From Nemertoderma westbladi (taxonomy: Eukaryota > Animalia > Xenacoelomorpha), in contig JAUCBJ010006071.1 in NCBI GenBank assembly GCA_032718475.1, positions 1-60,891 of the forward strand: 60,891 nt of DNA. Direction: 5' to 3'. A program made the translations under genes and the position numbers. Shown here piece after piece: positions 49,701-60,891 of the stretch; position 1 is the first letter of the stretch; each line of letters starts with the position of its first letter. The notes under the pieces are model-generated. The model was not told the DNA's origin. It was given only the letters and a program-made list of their open reading frames with translations, and ran no database searches.

Positions 49701-52700
49701 GGCTGTGCGTCTGTAATCTGGTATGGCTGTGCGTCCGTACTCTGGTATGGCTTTGCATCCGTACTCTGGTACGGCTGTGTGTCCGTACTCTGGTATGGCT
49801 GTGCGTCCGTAAACTGGAACGGCTGTGTGTCTGTAATCTGGTATGGCTGTGTGTCCGTAACCTGGCACGCATGTGCGTTCGTCATCTGGTACGGCTGTGC
49901 GTCCGTAATCTGGTATGGCTGTGCATCTGTACTCTGGTATGGCTGTGCGTCCGTAATCTGGTATGGCTGTGCGTCCGTACTCTGGTATGGCTGTGTGTCC
50001 ACACTCTGGTACAGCTGTGCGTCCGTAATCTGGTATGGCTGTGCATCCGTAAACTGGAACGGCTGTGCGTTCGTCATCTGGTACGGCTGTGCGTCCGTAA
50101 TCTGGTATGGCTGTGCGTCCGTACTCTGGTATGGCTGTGCGTCCGTACTCTGGTACGGTTGTGCGTCCAGAATCTGATACGGCTTTGCGTCCATACTCTG
50201 GTATGGCTGTGCGTCCGTAATCTGGTACGGCTGTGCGTCCGTAATCTGGAACAGCTGTGCGTCCGTAATTTGATACGGATGTGGGTCCGTACTCTGGTAC
50301 GGCTGTGCGTCCGTAATCTGGTATGGCTGTGCGTCCGTAATCTGGAACAGCTGTGCGTCCGTAATCTGATACGGATGTGGGTCCGTACTCTGGTACGGTT
50401 GTGCTTCCAGAATCTGATACGGCTTTGCGTCCATACTCTTGTATGGCTGTGCGTCCGTAATCTGGTACGGCTGTGCGTCCGTAATCTGGAACAGCTGTGC
50501 GTCCGTAATCTGATACGGATGTGGGTCCGTACTCTGGTATGGCTGTGCGTCCGTAAACTGGAACGGCTGTGTGTCTGTAATCTGGTACGGCTGTGCGTCC
50601 GTAACCTGGCACGCATGTGCGTTCGTCATCTGGTACGGCTGTGCATCCGTAATCTGGTATGGCTGTGCGTCCGTACTCTGGTATGGCTGTGTGTCCGCAC
50701 TCTGGTACAGCTGTGCGTCCGTAATCTGGTATGGCTGTGCATCCGTAAACTGGAACGGCTGTGCGTTCGTCATCTGGTACGGCTGTGCGTCCGTAATCTG
50801 GTATGGCTGTGCGTCCGTACTCTGGTATGGCTGTGCGTCCGTACTCTGGTACGGTTGTGCGTCCAGAATCTGATACGGCTTTGCGTCCATACTCTGGTAT
50901 GGCTGTGCGTCCGTAATCTGGTACGGCTGTGCGTCCGTAATCTGGAACAGCTGTGCGTCCGTAATCTGATACGGATGTGGGTCCGTACTCTGGTACGGCT
51001 GTGCGTCCGTAATCTGGTACGGCTGTGCGTCCGTAATCTGGTATGGCTGTGTGTCCGCACTCTGGTACAGCTGTGCGTCCGTAATCTGGTATGGCTGTGC
51101 ATCCATAAACTGGAACGGCTGTGTGTCTGTAATCTGGTACGGCTGTGCGTCCGTAACCTGGCACGCATGTGCGTTCGTCATCTGGTACGGCTTTGCGTCT
51201 GTAATCTGGTATGGCTGTGCGTCCGTACTCTGGTATGGCTGTGCGTCCGTACTCTGGTACGGTTGTGCGTCCAGAATCTGATAAGGCTTTGCGTCCATAC
51301 TCTGGTATGGCTGTGCGTCCGTAATCTGGTATGGCTGTGCGTCCGTAATCTGGAACAGCTGTGCGTCCGTAATCTGATACGGATGTGGGTCCGTACTCTG
51401 GTACGGCTGTGCGTCCGTAATCTGGTATGGCTGTGCGTCCTTAATCTGGTACAGCTGTGTGTCCGTAATCTGGTATGGCTGTGCGTCCGTAATCTGGTAT
51501 GGCTGTGCATCCGTAATCTGGTATGGCTGTGGGTCCGTACTCTGGTACGGCTGTGCGTCCGTGATCTGGTATGGCTGTGTGTCCGTAATCTGGTATGGCT
51601 GTGCGTCCGTGATCAGGTACGGCTGTGTGTCCATAATCTGGTACGGCTGTGCGTCCGTAATCTGGTATGGCTGTGCGTCCGTGATATGGTACGGCTGTGC
51701 GTCTGTAATCTGGAATGGCTGTTCGTCCGTGATATGTTATGGCTGTGCGTCCGTAATCTGGTATGGCAGTGCGTCCGTACTCTGGTATGGCTGTGCGTCG
51801 GTAATCTGGTATGGCTGTGTGTCCGTACTCTGGTATGGCTGTGCGTCCGTAATCTGGTACAGCTGTGCGTCCGTAATCTGGTACGGCTGTGCGTCCGTAC
51901 TCTGGTATGGCTGTGCGTCCATTATCTGGTATGGCTGTGCGTTCGTACTCTGGTATGGCTGTGCGTCCGTACTCTGGTACGGCTGTGCGTCCATAATCTG
52001 GTACGGCTGTGCATCCATAATCTGGTACGGTTGTGCATCCAGAATCTGATACAGCTGTGCGTCCGTACTCTGGTACGGCTGTGCGTCCGTAATCTGGTAT
52101 GGCTGTGCGTCCGTAATCTGGAACAGCTGTGCGTCTGTAATCTGATACGGCTGTGCATCCGTACTCTGGTACAGCTGTGTGTCCGTAATCTGGTACGGCT
52201 GTGCGTCCGTACTCTGGTATGGCTGTGCGTCCATTATCTGGTATGGCTGTGCGTCCGTACTCTGGTATGGCTGTGCGTCCGTACTCTGGTATGGCTGTGC
52301 GTCCGTAATCTGGTATGGCTGTGCGTCCGTAATCTGGAACAGCTGTGCGTCTGTAATCTGATACGGCTGTGCATCCGTACTCTGGTACAGCTGTGTGTCC
52401 GTAATCTGGTACGGCTGTGCGTCCGTACTCTGGTATGTCTGTGCGTCCATTATCTGGTATGGCTGTGCGTCCGTACTCTGGTATGGCTGTGCGTCCGTAC
52501 TCTGGTATGGCTGTGCGTCCGTAATCTGGTACGGCTGTGCATCCATAATCTGGTACGGTTGTGCATCCAGAATCTGATATGGCTGTGCGTCCGTACTCTG
52601 GTACGGCTGTGCGTCCGTAATCTGGTACGGCTGTGCTTTCCGTAATCTGGAACAGCTGTGCGTCCGTAATCTGATACGGCTGTGCGTCCGTACTCTGGTA

Positions 52701-55700
52701 TGGCTGTGCGTCCGTAATCTGGTACGGCTGTGGTGCGTCCTTAATCTGGTACAGCTGTGCGTCCGTAATCTGGTATGGCTGTGCATCCGTAATCTGGTAC
52801 GGCTGTGCATCCATAATCTGGTACGGCTGTGCGTCCGTGATCTGGTACGGCTGTGCGTTCGTAATCTGGTACGGCTGTGAGTCCGTAATCTGGTACGGCT
52901 GTGTGTCCGTAATGTGGTACGGGTGTGCATCCGTAATCTGGTATGGCTGTGCGTCTGTACTCTGGTATGGCTGTGCGTCCGTACTCTGGTACGGCTGTGT
53001 GTCCGTACTCTGGTATGGCTGTGCGTCCGTAAACTGGAACGGCTGTGTGTCTGTAATCTGGTACGGATGTGCGTCCGTAACCTGGTACGCCTGTGCGTCC
53101 GTAATCTGGTACGGCTGTGCATCCGTACTCTGGTACGGCTGTGTGTCCGTAATCTGGTACGGCTGTACATCCGTACTCTGGTATGGCTGTGCATCCGTAA
53201 TCTGGTACGGCTGCGCCTCCATACTCTGGTATGGCTGTGCGTCCATAATTTGGTACGGCTGTGCGTCCGTAATCTGGTATGGCTGTGCCTCCATACTCTG
53301 GTATGGCTGTGCGTCCATAATCTGGTACGGCTGTGCGTCCGTAATCTGGTACGGCTGTGCGTCCGTAATCTGGTATGGCTGTGCAACCGTAATCTGGTAC
53401 GGCTGTGCGTCCGTAATCTGGTATGGCTGTGCCTCCATACTCTGGTATGGCTGTGCGTCCATAATCTGGTACGGCTGTGCGTCCGTAATCTGGTACGGCT
53501 GTGCGTCCGTAATCTGGTATGGCTGTGCAACCGTAATCTGGTACGGCTGTGCGTCCGTAATCTGGTACGGCTGTGCGTCCGTGATCTGGTACGGCTGTGC
53601 GTCCGTAATCTGGTACGGCTGTGCGTCCGTAATCTGGTACGGCTGTGTGTCCGTAATGTGATACGGCTGTGCATCCGTAATCTGGTATGGCTGTGCGTCT
53701 GTACTCTGGTATGGCTGTGCGTCCATACTCTGGTACGGCTGTGTGTCCGTACTCTGGTATGGCTGTGCGTCCGTAAACTGGAACGGCTGTGACTCTGTAA
53801 TCTGGTACGGCTGTGCGTCCGTAACCTGGTACACCTGGGCGCCCGTAATCTGGTACGGCTGTGCATCCGTACTCTGGTACGGCTGTGTGTCCGTAATCTG
53901 GTACGGCTGTGCGTCCGTACTCTGGTATGGCTGTGCGTCCGTAATCTGGTATGGCTGTGCCTCCATACTCTGGTATGACTGTGCGTCCGTACTCTGGTAC
54001 GGCTGTGCGTCCGTAATCTGGTACGGCTGTGCATCCATAATCTGGTACAGTTGTGCGTCCAGAATCTGATACGGCTGTGCGTCCGTACTCTGGTATGGCT
54101 TTGCGTCCATAATCTGGTACGGCTGTGCGTCCGTAATCTGGAACAGCTGTGCGTCCGTAATCTAGTACGGCTGTGCGTCCGTAATCTGGTACGGCTGTGC
54201 GTCCGTAATCTGGTACAGCTGTGTGTCCGTAATCTGGTAGGGCTGTGCGTCCGTAATCTGGTATGGCTGTGCGTCCGTAATCTGGTATGGCTGTGCGTCC
54301 GTACTCTGGTACGGCTGTGTGTCCGTGATCTGGTATGGCTGTGTGTCCGTAATCTGGTATGGCTGTGCGTCCGTAATCTGGTATGGCTGTGCGTCGGTGA
54401 TATGGTATGGCTGTGCATCCGTAATCTGGTATGGCAGTGCGTTCGTACTCTGGTATGGCTCTGCTTCCGTAATCTGGTATGGCTGTGTGTCCGTAATCTG
54501 GTACGGCTGTGCGTCCGTAATCTGGTACAGCTGTGTGTCCCTAATCTGGTACGGCTGTGTGTCCGTAATCTGGCACGGCTGTGTGTCCGTAATCTGGTAC
54601 GGCTGTGCGTCTGTAATCTGGTACGGCTGTGCCTCCATACTCTGGTATGGCTGTGCGTCCATAATCTGGTACGGCTGTGCGTCCGTAATCTGGTATGGCT
54701 GTGCATCCGTAATCTGGTACGGCTGTGCGTCCGTAATCTGGTATAGCTGTGCGTCCGTAATCTGGTACAGCTGTGTGTCCGTAATCTGGTAGGGCTGTGC
54801 GTCCGTAATCTGGTATGGCTGTGCGTCCGTAATCTGGTATGGCTGTGCGTCCGTACTCTGGTACGGCTGTGTGTCCGTGATCTGGTATGGCTGTGTGTCC
54901 GTAATCTGGTATGGCTGTGCGTCCGTAATCTGGTATGGCTGTTCGTCCGTGATATGGTATGGCTGTGCGTCCGTAATTTGGTATGGCTGTGCGTCCGTGA
55001 TATGGTATTGCTGTGCGTCCGTAATCTGGTATGGCAGTGCGTCCGTAATCTGGTATGGCTGTGCGTCCGTACTCTGGTACGGCTGTGTGTCCGTGATCTG
55101 GTATGGCTGTGTGTCCGTAATCTGGTATGGCTGTGCGTCCGTAATCTGGTATGGCTGTGCGTCGGTGATATGGTATGGCTGTGCATCCGTAATCTGGTAT
55201 GGCAGTGCGTTCGTACTCTGGTATGGCTCTGCTTCCGTAATCTGGTATGGCTGTGTGTCCGTAATCTGGTACGGCTGTGCGTCCGTAATCTGGTACAGCT
55301 GTGTGTCCCTAATCTGGTACGGTTGTGTGTCCGTAATCTGGCACGGCTGTGTGTCCGTAATCTGGTACGGCTGTGCGTCTGTAATCTGGTACGGCTGTGC
55401 CTCCATACTCTGGTATGGCTGTGCGTCCATAATCTGGTACGGCTGTGCGTCCGTAATCTGGTATGGCTGTGCATCCGTAATCTGGTACGGCTGTGCGTCC
55501 GTAATCTGGTATGGCTGTGCGTCCGTAATCTGGTACAGCTGTGTGTCCGTAATCTGGTAGGGCTGTGCGTCCGTAATCTGGTATGGCTGTGCGTCCGTAA
55601 TCTGGTATGGCTGTGCGTCCGTACTCTGGTACGGCTGTGTGTCCGTGATCTGGTATGGCTGTGTGTCCGTAATCTGGTATGGCTGTGCGTCCGTAATCTG

Positions 55701-58079
55701 GTATGGCTGTTCGTCCGTGATATGGTATGGCTGTGCGTCCGTAATTTGGTATGGCTGTGCGTCCGTGATATGGTATTGCTGTGCGTCCGTAATCTGGTAT
55801 GGCAGTGCGTTCGTACTCTGGTATGGCTGTGCGTCAGTAATCTAGTACGGCTGTGCGTCTGTAATCTGGTACAGCTGTGTGTCCATAATCTGGTATGGCT
55901 GTGTGTCCGTAATCTGGTACGGCTGTGTGTCCGTAACTGGTACGGCTGTCTGTCTGTAATCTGGTACGGCTGTGCCTCCATTCTCTGGTATGGCTGTGCG
56001 TCCATAATCTGGTACGGCTTTGCATCCGTAATCTGGTACGGCTGTGCGTTTGTAATCTGGTACGGCTGTGCGTCCGTAATCTGGTACGGCTGTGTGTCCG
56101 TAATCTGGTACGGCTGTGTGTCCATAATCTGGTATGGCTGTGCGTCCGTACTCTGGTACGGCTGTGCGTCCGTAATCTGGTACGGTTGTGCGTCCGTACT
56201 CTGGTTTGGCTGTGCGTCCGTACTCTGGTATGGCTGTGCGTCCGTAATCTGGTACGGCTGTGCGTCCGTAATCTGGTACAGCTGTGTGTCCATAATCTGG
56301 TATGGCTGTGTGTCCATAATCTGGTATGGCTGTGCGTCAGTAATCTGGTACGGCTGTGCGTCCGTAATCTGGTACGGCTGTGCATCCGTAATCTGGTATG
56401 GATGTGCGTCATTAATCTGGTACGGCTGTGCGTCCGTACTCTGGTACGGCTGTGCATCCGTACTCTGGTATGGCTGTGCGTCCATAATCTGGTACGGCTG
56501 TGCGTTCGTAATCTGGTACGGCTGTGCATCCGTAATCTGGTACGGCTGGGCGTCCGTAATCTGGTACGGCTGTGCGTCCGTAATCTGGTACGGCTGTGTG
56601 TCCATAATCTGGTATGGCTGTGCGTCCGTACTCTGGTATGGCTGTGCGTCCGTAATCTGGTATGGCTGTGCGTCCGTAATCTGGTACAGCTGTGTGTCCA
56701 TAATCTGGTACAGCTGTGTGTCCATAATCTGGTATGGCTGTGCGTCAGTAATCTGGTACAGCTGTGCGTCCGTACTCTGGTATGGCTGTGCGTCAGTAAT
56801 CTGGTACGGCTGTGCGTCCGTAATCTGGTATGGATGTGCGTCATTAATCTGGTACGGCTGTGCGTCCGTACTCTGGTACGGCTGTGCATCCGTACTCTGG
56901 TATGGCTGTGCGTCCATAATCTGGTACGGCTGTGCGTTCGTAATCTGGTACGGCTGTGCGTCCGTAATCTGGTACGGCTGTGCGTCCGTAATCTGGTACG
57001 GCTGTGCGTCCGTACTCTGGTATGGCTGTGCGTCAGTAATCTGGTACGGCTGTGCGTCCGTAATCTGGTACAGCTGTGTGTCCATAATCTGGTATGGCTG
57101 TGTGTCCGTAATCTGGTACGGCTGTGTGTCCATAACTGGTACGGCTGTGCGTCTGTAATCTGGTACGGCTGTGCCTCCATACTCTGGTATGGCTGTGCGT
57201 CCATAATCTGGTACGGCTTTGCATCCGTAATCTGGTACGGCTGTGCGTTCGTAATCTGGTACGGCTGTGCGTCCGTAATCTGGTACGGCTGTGCGTCCTT
57301 ACTCTGGTATGGCAGTGCGTTCGTACTCTGGTACTGCTGTGTGTCCGTAATCTGGTACGGCTGTGCGTCCGTAATCTGGTACGGCTGTGCGTCCGTAATC
57401 TGGTATGGCTGTGCGTCCGTACTCTGGTACGGTTGTGCGTCCGTACTATGGTATGGCTGTGCGTCCGTACCCTGGTATGGCTGTGCGTCAGTAATCTGGT
57501 ACGGCTGTGCGTCCGTAATCTGGTATGGATGTGCGTCATTAATCTGGTACGGCTGTGCGTCCGTACTCTGGTACGGCTGTGCGTCCGTACTCTGGTATGG
57601 CTGTGCGTCCGTAATCTGGTACGGCTGTGCGTCCGTACTCTGGTACTGCTGTGCGTCCATACTCTGGTACTGCTGTGCGTCCGTAATCTGGTATGGCTGT
57701 GCGTCCGTAATCTGGTACGGCTGTGCGTCCGTAATCTGGTACGGCTGTGCGTCCGTAATCTGGTATGGATGTGCGTCATTAATCTGGTACAGCTGTGCGT
57801 CCGTACTCTGGTATGGCTGTGCGTCCGTACTCTGGTACTGCTGTGCGTCCGTACTCTGGTACTGCTGTGCGTCCGTAATCTGGTACGGCTGTGCGTCCGT
57901 AATCTGGTATGGATGTGCGTCATTAATCTGGTACTGCTGTGCGTCCGTAATCTGGTACGGCTGTGCATCCGTACTCTGGTAATGCTGTGCGTCCGTACTC
58001 TGGTACGGCTACGCGTCCATAAAACTGGTAAAGAAATTTCTTACAAATTGGAATAATAATTAATATTTAATTATTACAG

Positions 58080-58296
58080 ATATAGGGAATGTGTTATTGA
58101 TTGCTTTAAGCGAATAATAACATACATTCACGAAGTCAAACATCAATACATTATTTATAGAGGAGAAATTATGGCCATTCTAAGATCCGCAATGGGTCAG
58201 TTAGAAGAAACAATAGACCAAATAGACCCTTGGTATCGAATTGTCATGTTTATAATAGTGGCACACATGAGTCATTTCGATAGCAATCCAGATCAG
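58080..58296 (+). CDS. Host gene exon (217 nt, phase 2-0)
   Basis: TTATTACAG| ... CAG|GTAGG; open frame YRECVIDCFKRIITYIHEVKHQYIIYRGEIMAILRSAMGQLEETIDQIDPWYRIVMFIIVAHMSHFDSNPDQ; phase fits the previous exon (AC|A). Confidence 0.78.
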
Positions 58297-58433
58297 GTAG
58301 GCCCATTTACTCAGTACAGTATAGTGTAACGATTGACACTGAATTGAGAAGCAGCCAGTGCATGATGATCTTGCGCTTTGGGGGCCTCTTGGAGATAAAA
58401 ATGACTAAATGACTTTCTTGTGACGACTCTTAA

Positions 58434-59996
58434 CCCTATTATTAGTACCGGGCTATAAAATGTTGTACAAAAACCGGGGTGGGGGGTCATATTGACCCCC
58501 CCCCCCCCCCCCCCCCCCCCCTCTAAAATCTACAAATTTTTACGAAAACGTCTGATTTTTTTGTTTGTACGTATGTATCACAACTCTGGATCCGACCGAA
58601 AAGAAAATTTTCGAAAAAATGTACTGGGGTTGTTATATTGCAGCACCAAAATTACAAGTAGCGCATAATTTTCATAAAATTTGAAAGTAAATTACATTTT
58701 TCGGCTAATTGTTTTTCAATACAGGTTTTCTGGGGCGCAAAATACATTGGAAAATATTTAAAAATGATATGATTACTATAAAAGGCTGTTTAGTCCTTTC
58801 TTCGTAGGAGAAAAATGAAAAAACAAGTAACCAGCACTTTTCAGTTAGAACACAAAATTTTTAATTAACTTATACGATGCTATAAATTCACATTTTCAGG
58901 TTTTCGAGGGCGCTGATTCTATTGGAATACATTTCTAAAATGCCAGATCATTGCTACTTGTATTTTTCGGCGTACTTTGGCAAATTTTGGTGCTAGCACC
59001 AAATTTCGTACCCATCACCAAAAAGTACAAGTTTGCGATGTCCAGTGCTGTTTTTATTGATTCCATCGGATTCAGGACCCTCATAAACCCGTATAACGCA
59101 AGAAACAAGATGATACTATCTACTGATCAATTTGCATATTTTTCAAAATTTGGTGCTGGCACAACAATTTTCACACCACCGGCGAAAAATACAAGTTTGA
59201 AAACTTATGAAATTTTTACTGATTCCATTGAATTCTGAACCCTCACAAACCCGTACAATGCAAGAAACAAGGTGACACAATCAATTGATATATTTGATGG
59301 ATTTCAAAATTTCCACATTTTGCACCCACTTCTGAAAAATACAAGTTTGATATGTCTAGATCGATAATTATATATTCCATTGAATTCAGAACAGCCATAA
59401 ACCTCTAAAACGCAAGAAATAAATTGTCACAAGCAATTTTATCTATTGAATGGATTTTCAAAATTTCGTGCTAGCACCAAAATTTGCACACAGCACCGAA
59501 AAATACAAGTTTGATACGCTTGGTGCAACTCGTATATATTCCATCGAAACCAGAACCCCAAAAAACCCCAATGGCGTAAAAAACAAGTTTCAAACAATCA
59601 ATTTACAAAAAGAAAAGAAAAAAACAAGTTTGAAATTTCTAAATCAATTTATATGAATTCCATCCAATTGCTAACACAAAAAAACGGTGTAAATCAAAAA
59701 TAGAGATGTTACAATTCATATTTAATAAAATGAAATTTTCAAAAAACGTCTCAAAAAAAGTGCCAAAAGTAGGGTTAAAAAATGGTGCTATAATTCGAAA
59801 ACTACCCAATAGTTTTGAAAACGATTTTCACTACTAAGAAGACAATAGATTTTTAGGAAAAGTCATAAAATTTCAGATTCCCAACTGCGTTTGTTTCAGA
59901 ATTATAATAAAAAAACCACGGGGGTGGGGTCATACTGTGCCCCCCCCCCCCCCCTCCCCCACCCCCCACCCCCCCCCCCCCCCGGGTTTAATTGGG
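58434..59996. mobile_element. Non-autonomous piggyBac-type element
   Basis: TTAA|CCCTATT ... AATTGGG|TTAA; GGGGGTCATA..CCCCCC fold-back motifs near both ends; diverged ~160-bp internal repeats (AAATACAAGTTTG) at 58990-59660. Confidence 0.8.
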
Positions 59997-60891
59997 TTAA
60001 ACCGTATTGACCGAGGGGGGTGGTCATTTTATAATTTTTTTTGTAATTCATTTGTGTCTTTGACATATTATTATTAGTATGTTAGTAGTGTTTAACATAC
60101 ATACATGACCACTCAGCTCTGTCGCTATCGAGACACAAGTTGTCCTTTCTTTATACACAGTGTAATCATACTTTCTCACAATTTCCCATAATTAATCAGT
60201 CGCCAAACATACTGTCTTTGGTCCTATGTTAACATTCATTCACTGTAGTATACATATATACAATGTCCTTGTCATTAAAATAATGTCTATTCAAATTGTC
60301 ATCAAATAGTATCCTGTCTCACCTATAGTTAACGTCCCGTAGGCACTAACCAATATTCCAGGGCAGCCGATCTAACTGTTGTATCCCCTTTCTCAAAAGA
60401 TTTTTTTTAATTATAAAATAATAATAAAATTATATGGGATCCACTTCACTTCCCATTCTTTCTATGAGTTTAAATACCCATTCTTCATTACTTCATTATG
60501 TAATAAATTTTTTAATCTTGCTTTATTCATAGTGTCACTCATTCATTAACCCTGTATGTCATATTTCATGTCATTAAATGATTCACATGTCATCGCATGT
60601 CCTGTTATCGTATGTCTTCATGTACTGTAATATCATATCATTATTTATTACGTCATCATGACGTCATCATTATTTCTTCACGTCATTACACATTAATTTA
60701 ATTTAGCTGGATTCTTCCTAATTTAATAAATATAACTTTCTAAATAACTTCTATAAACATAATTCTATCCTAGGGTCTAATATAAATATTGTACTTTATT
60801 TTACTACTTTATGACTTTATTTTACTGCTAACGGGTATATGCCAGAGTTTTATTTTCCCCGCACCCCGTTTCTAATTCTAGGCTTTATTGA

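Larger units (their letters stand above)
37152..58030. repeat. 24-bp satellite (GGTACGGCTGTGCGTCCGTAATCT)n, ~19.5 kb net, ~800 copies, intronic
   Basis: Direct reading; interrupted at 39407-40756; higher-order block duplications. Confidence 0.99.

Noticed and set aside
23619-58030. CRISPR arrays
   Set aside because: Repeats are head-to-tail with no unique spacers, no cas genes, and the context is eukaryotic.
37248-58056. Giant ORFs up to 2218 aa (LVRLCVRN, WYGCASVI, TDAQPYQI, RTHSRTRL, YGRTAVPD repeats)
   Set aside because: The 24-bp unit is stop-free in five of six frames, so long ORFs are expected. Indels switch frames freely, and the array lies between phase-matched exons.

Overview
Repeat-dense eukaryotic (metazoan-like, probably invertebrate) genomic DNA with nothing prokaryotic. 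1-12.2 kb: a degenerate minus-strand BEL/Pao LTR retrotransposon with a ~3 kb leader and a probable 5' LTR. Its pol is split by an unclassified, highly structured 1.2-kb insert whose removal restores the frame. 12-29 kb: nested LINEs (5'-truncated CR1/L2-group, two RTE-type fragments, another RT relic, and an apparently intact two-ORF LINE with an LMDD RT motif), a TIR element holding a Mutator-type MITE, a tRNA-derived relic, and a 4.4-kb 21-bp satellite capped by an inverted end. 29-61 kb: a plus-strand host gene for an unidentified helical protein, rebuilt from phase-compatible exons (35017-35744, 37009-37128, 58080-58296). Around and within it lie a 14-bp satellite, a Helitron-like element carrying ~147-bp repeats that each contain a CTCF-like site, a Harbinger MITE, a 21-kb intron made almost wholly of a 24-bp satellite (with a solo LTR and a Helitron nested inside), and a piggyBac-type element. 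The huge repetitive ORFs in the ORF track are satellite artefacts.
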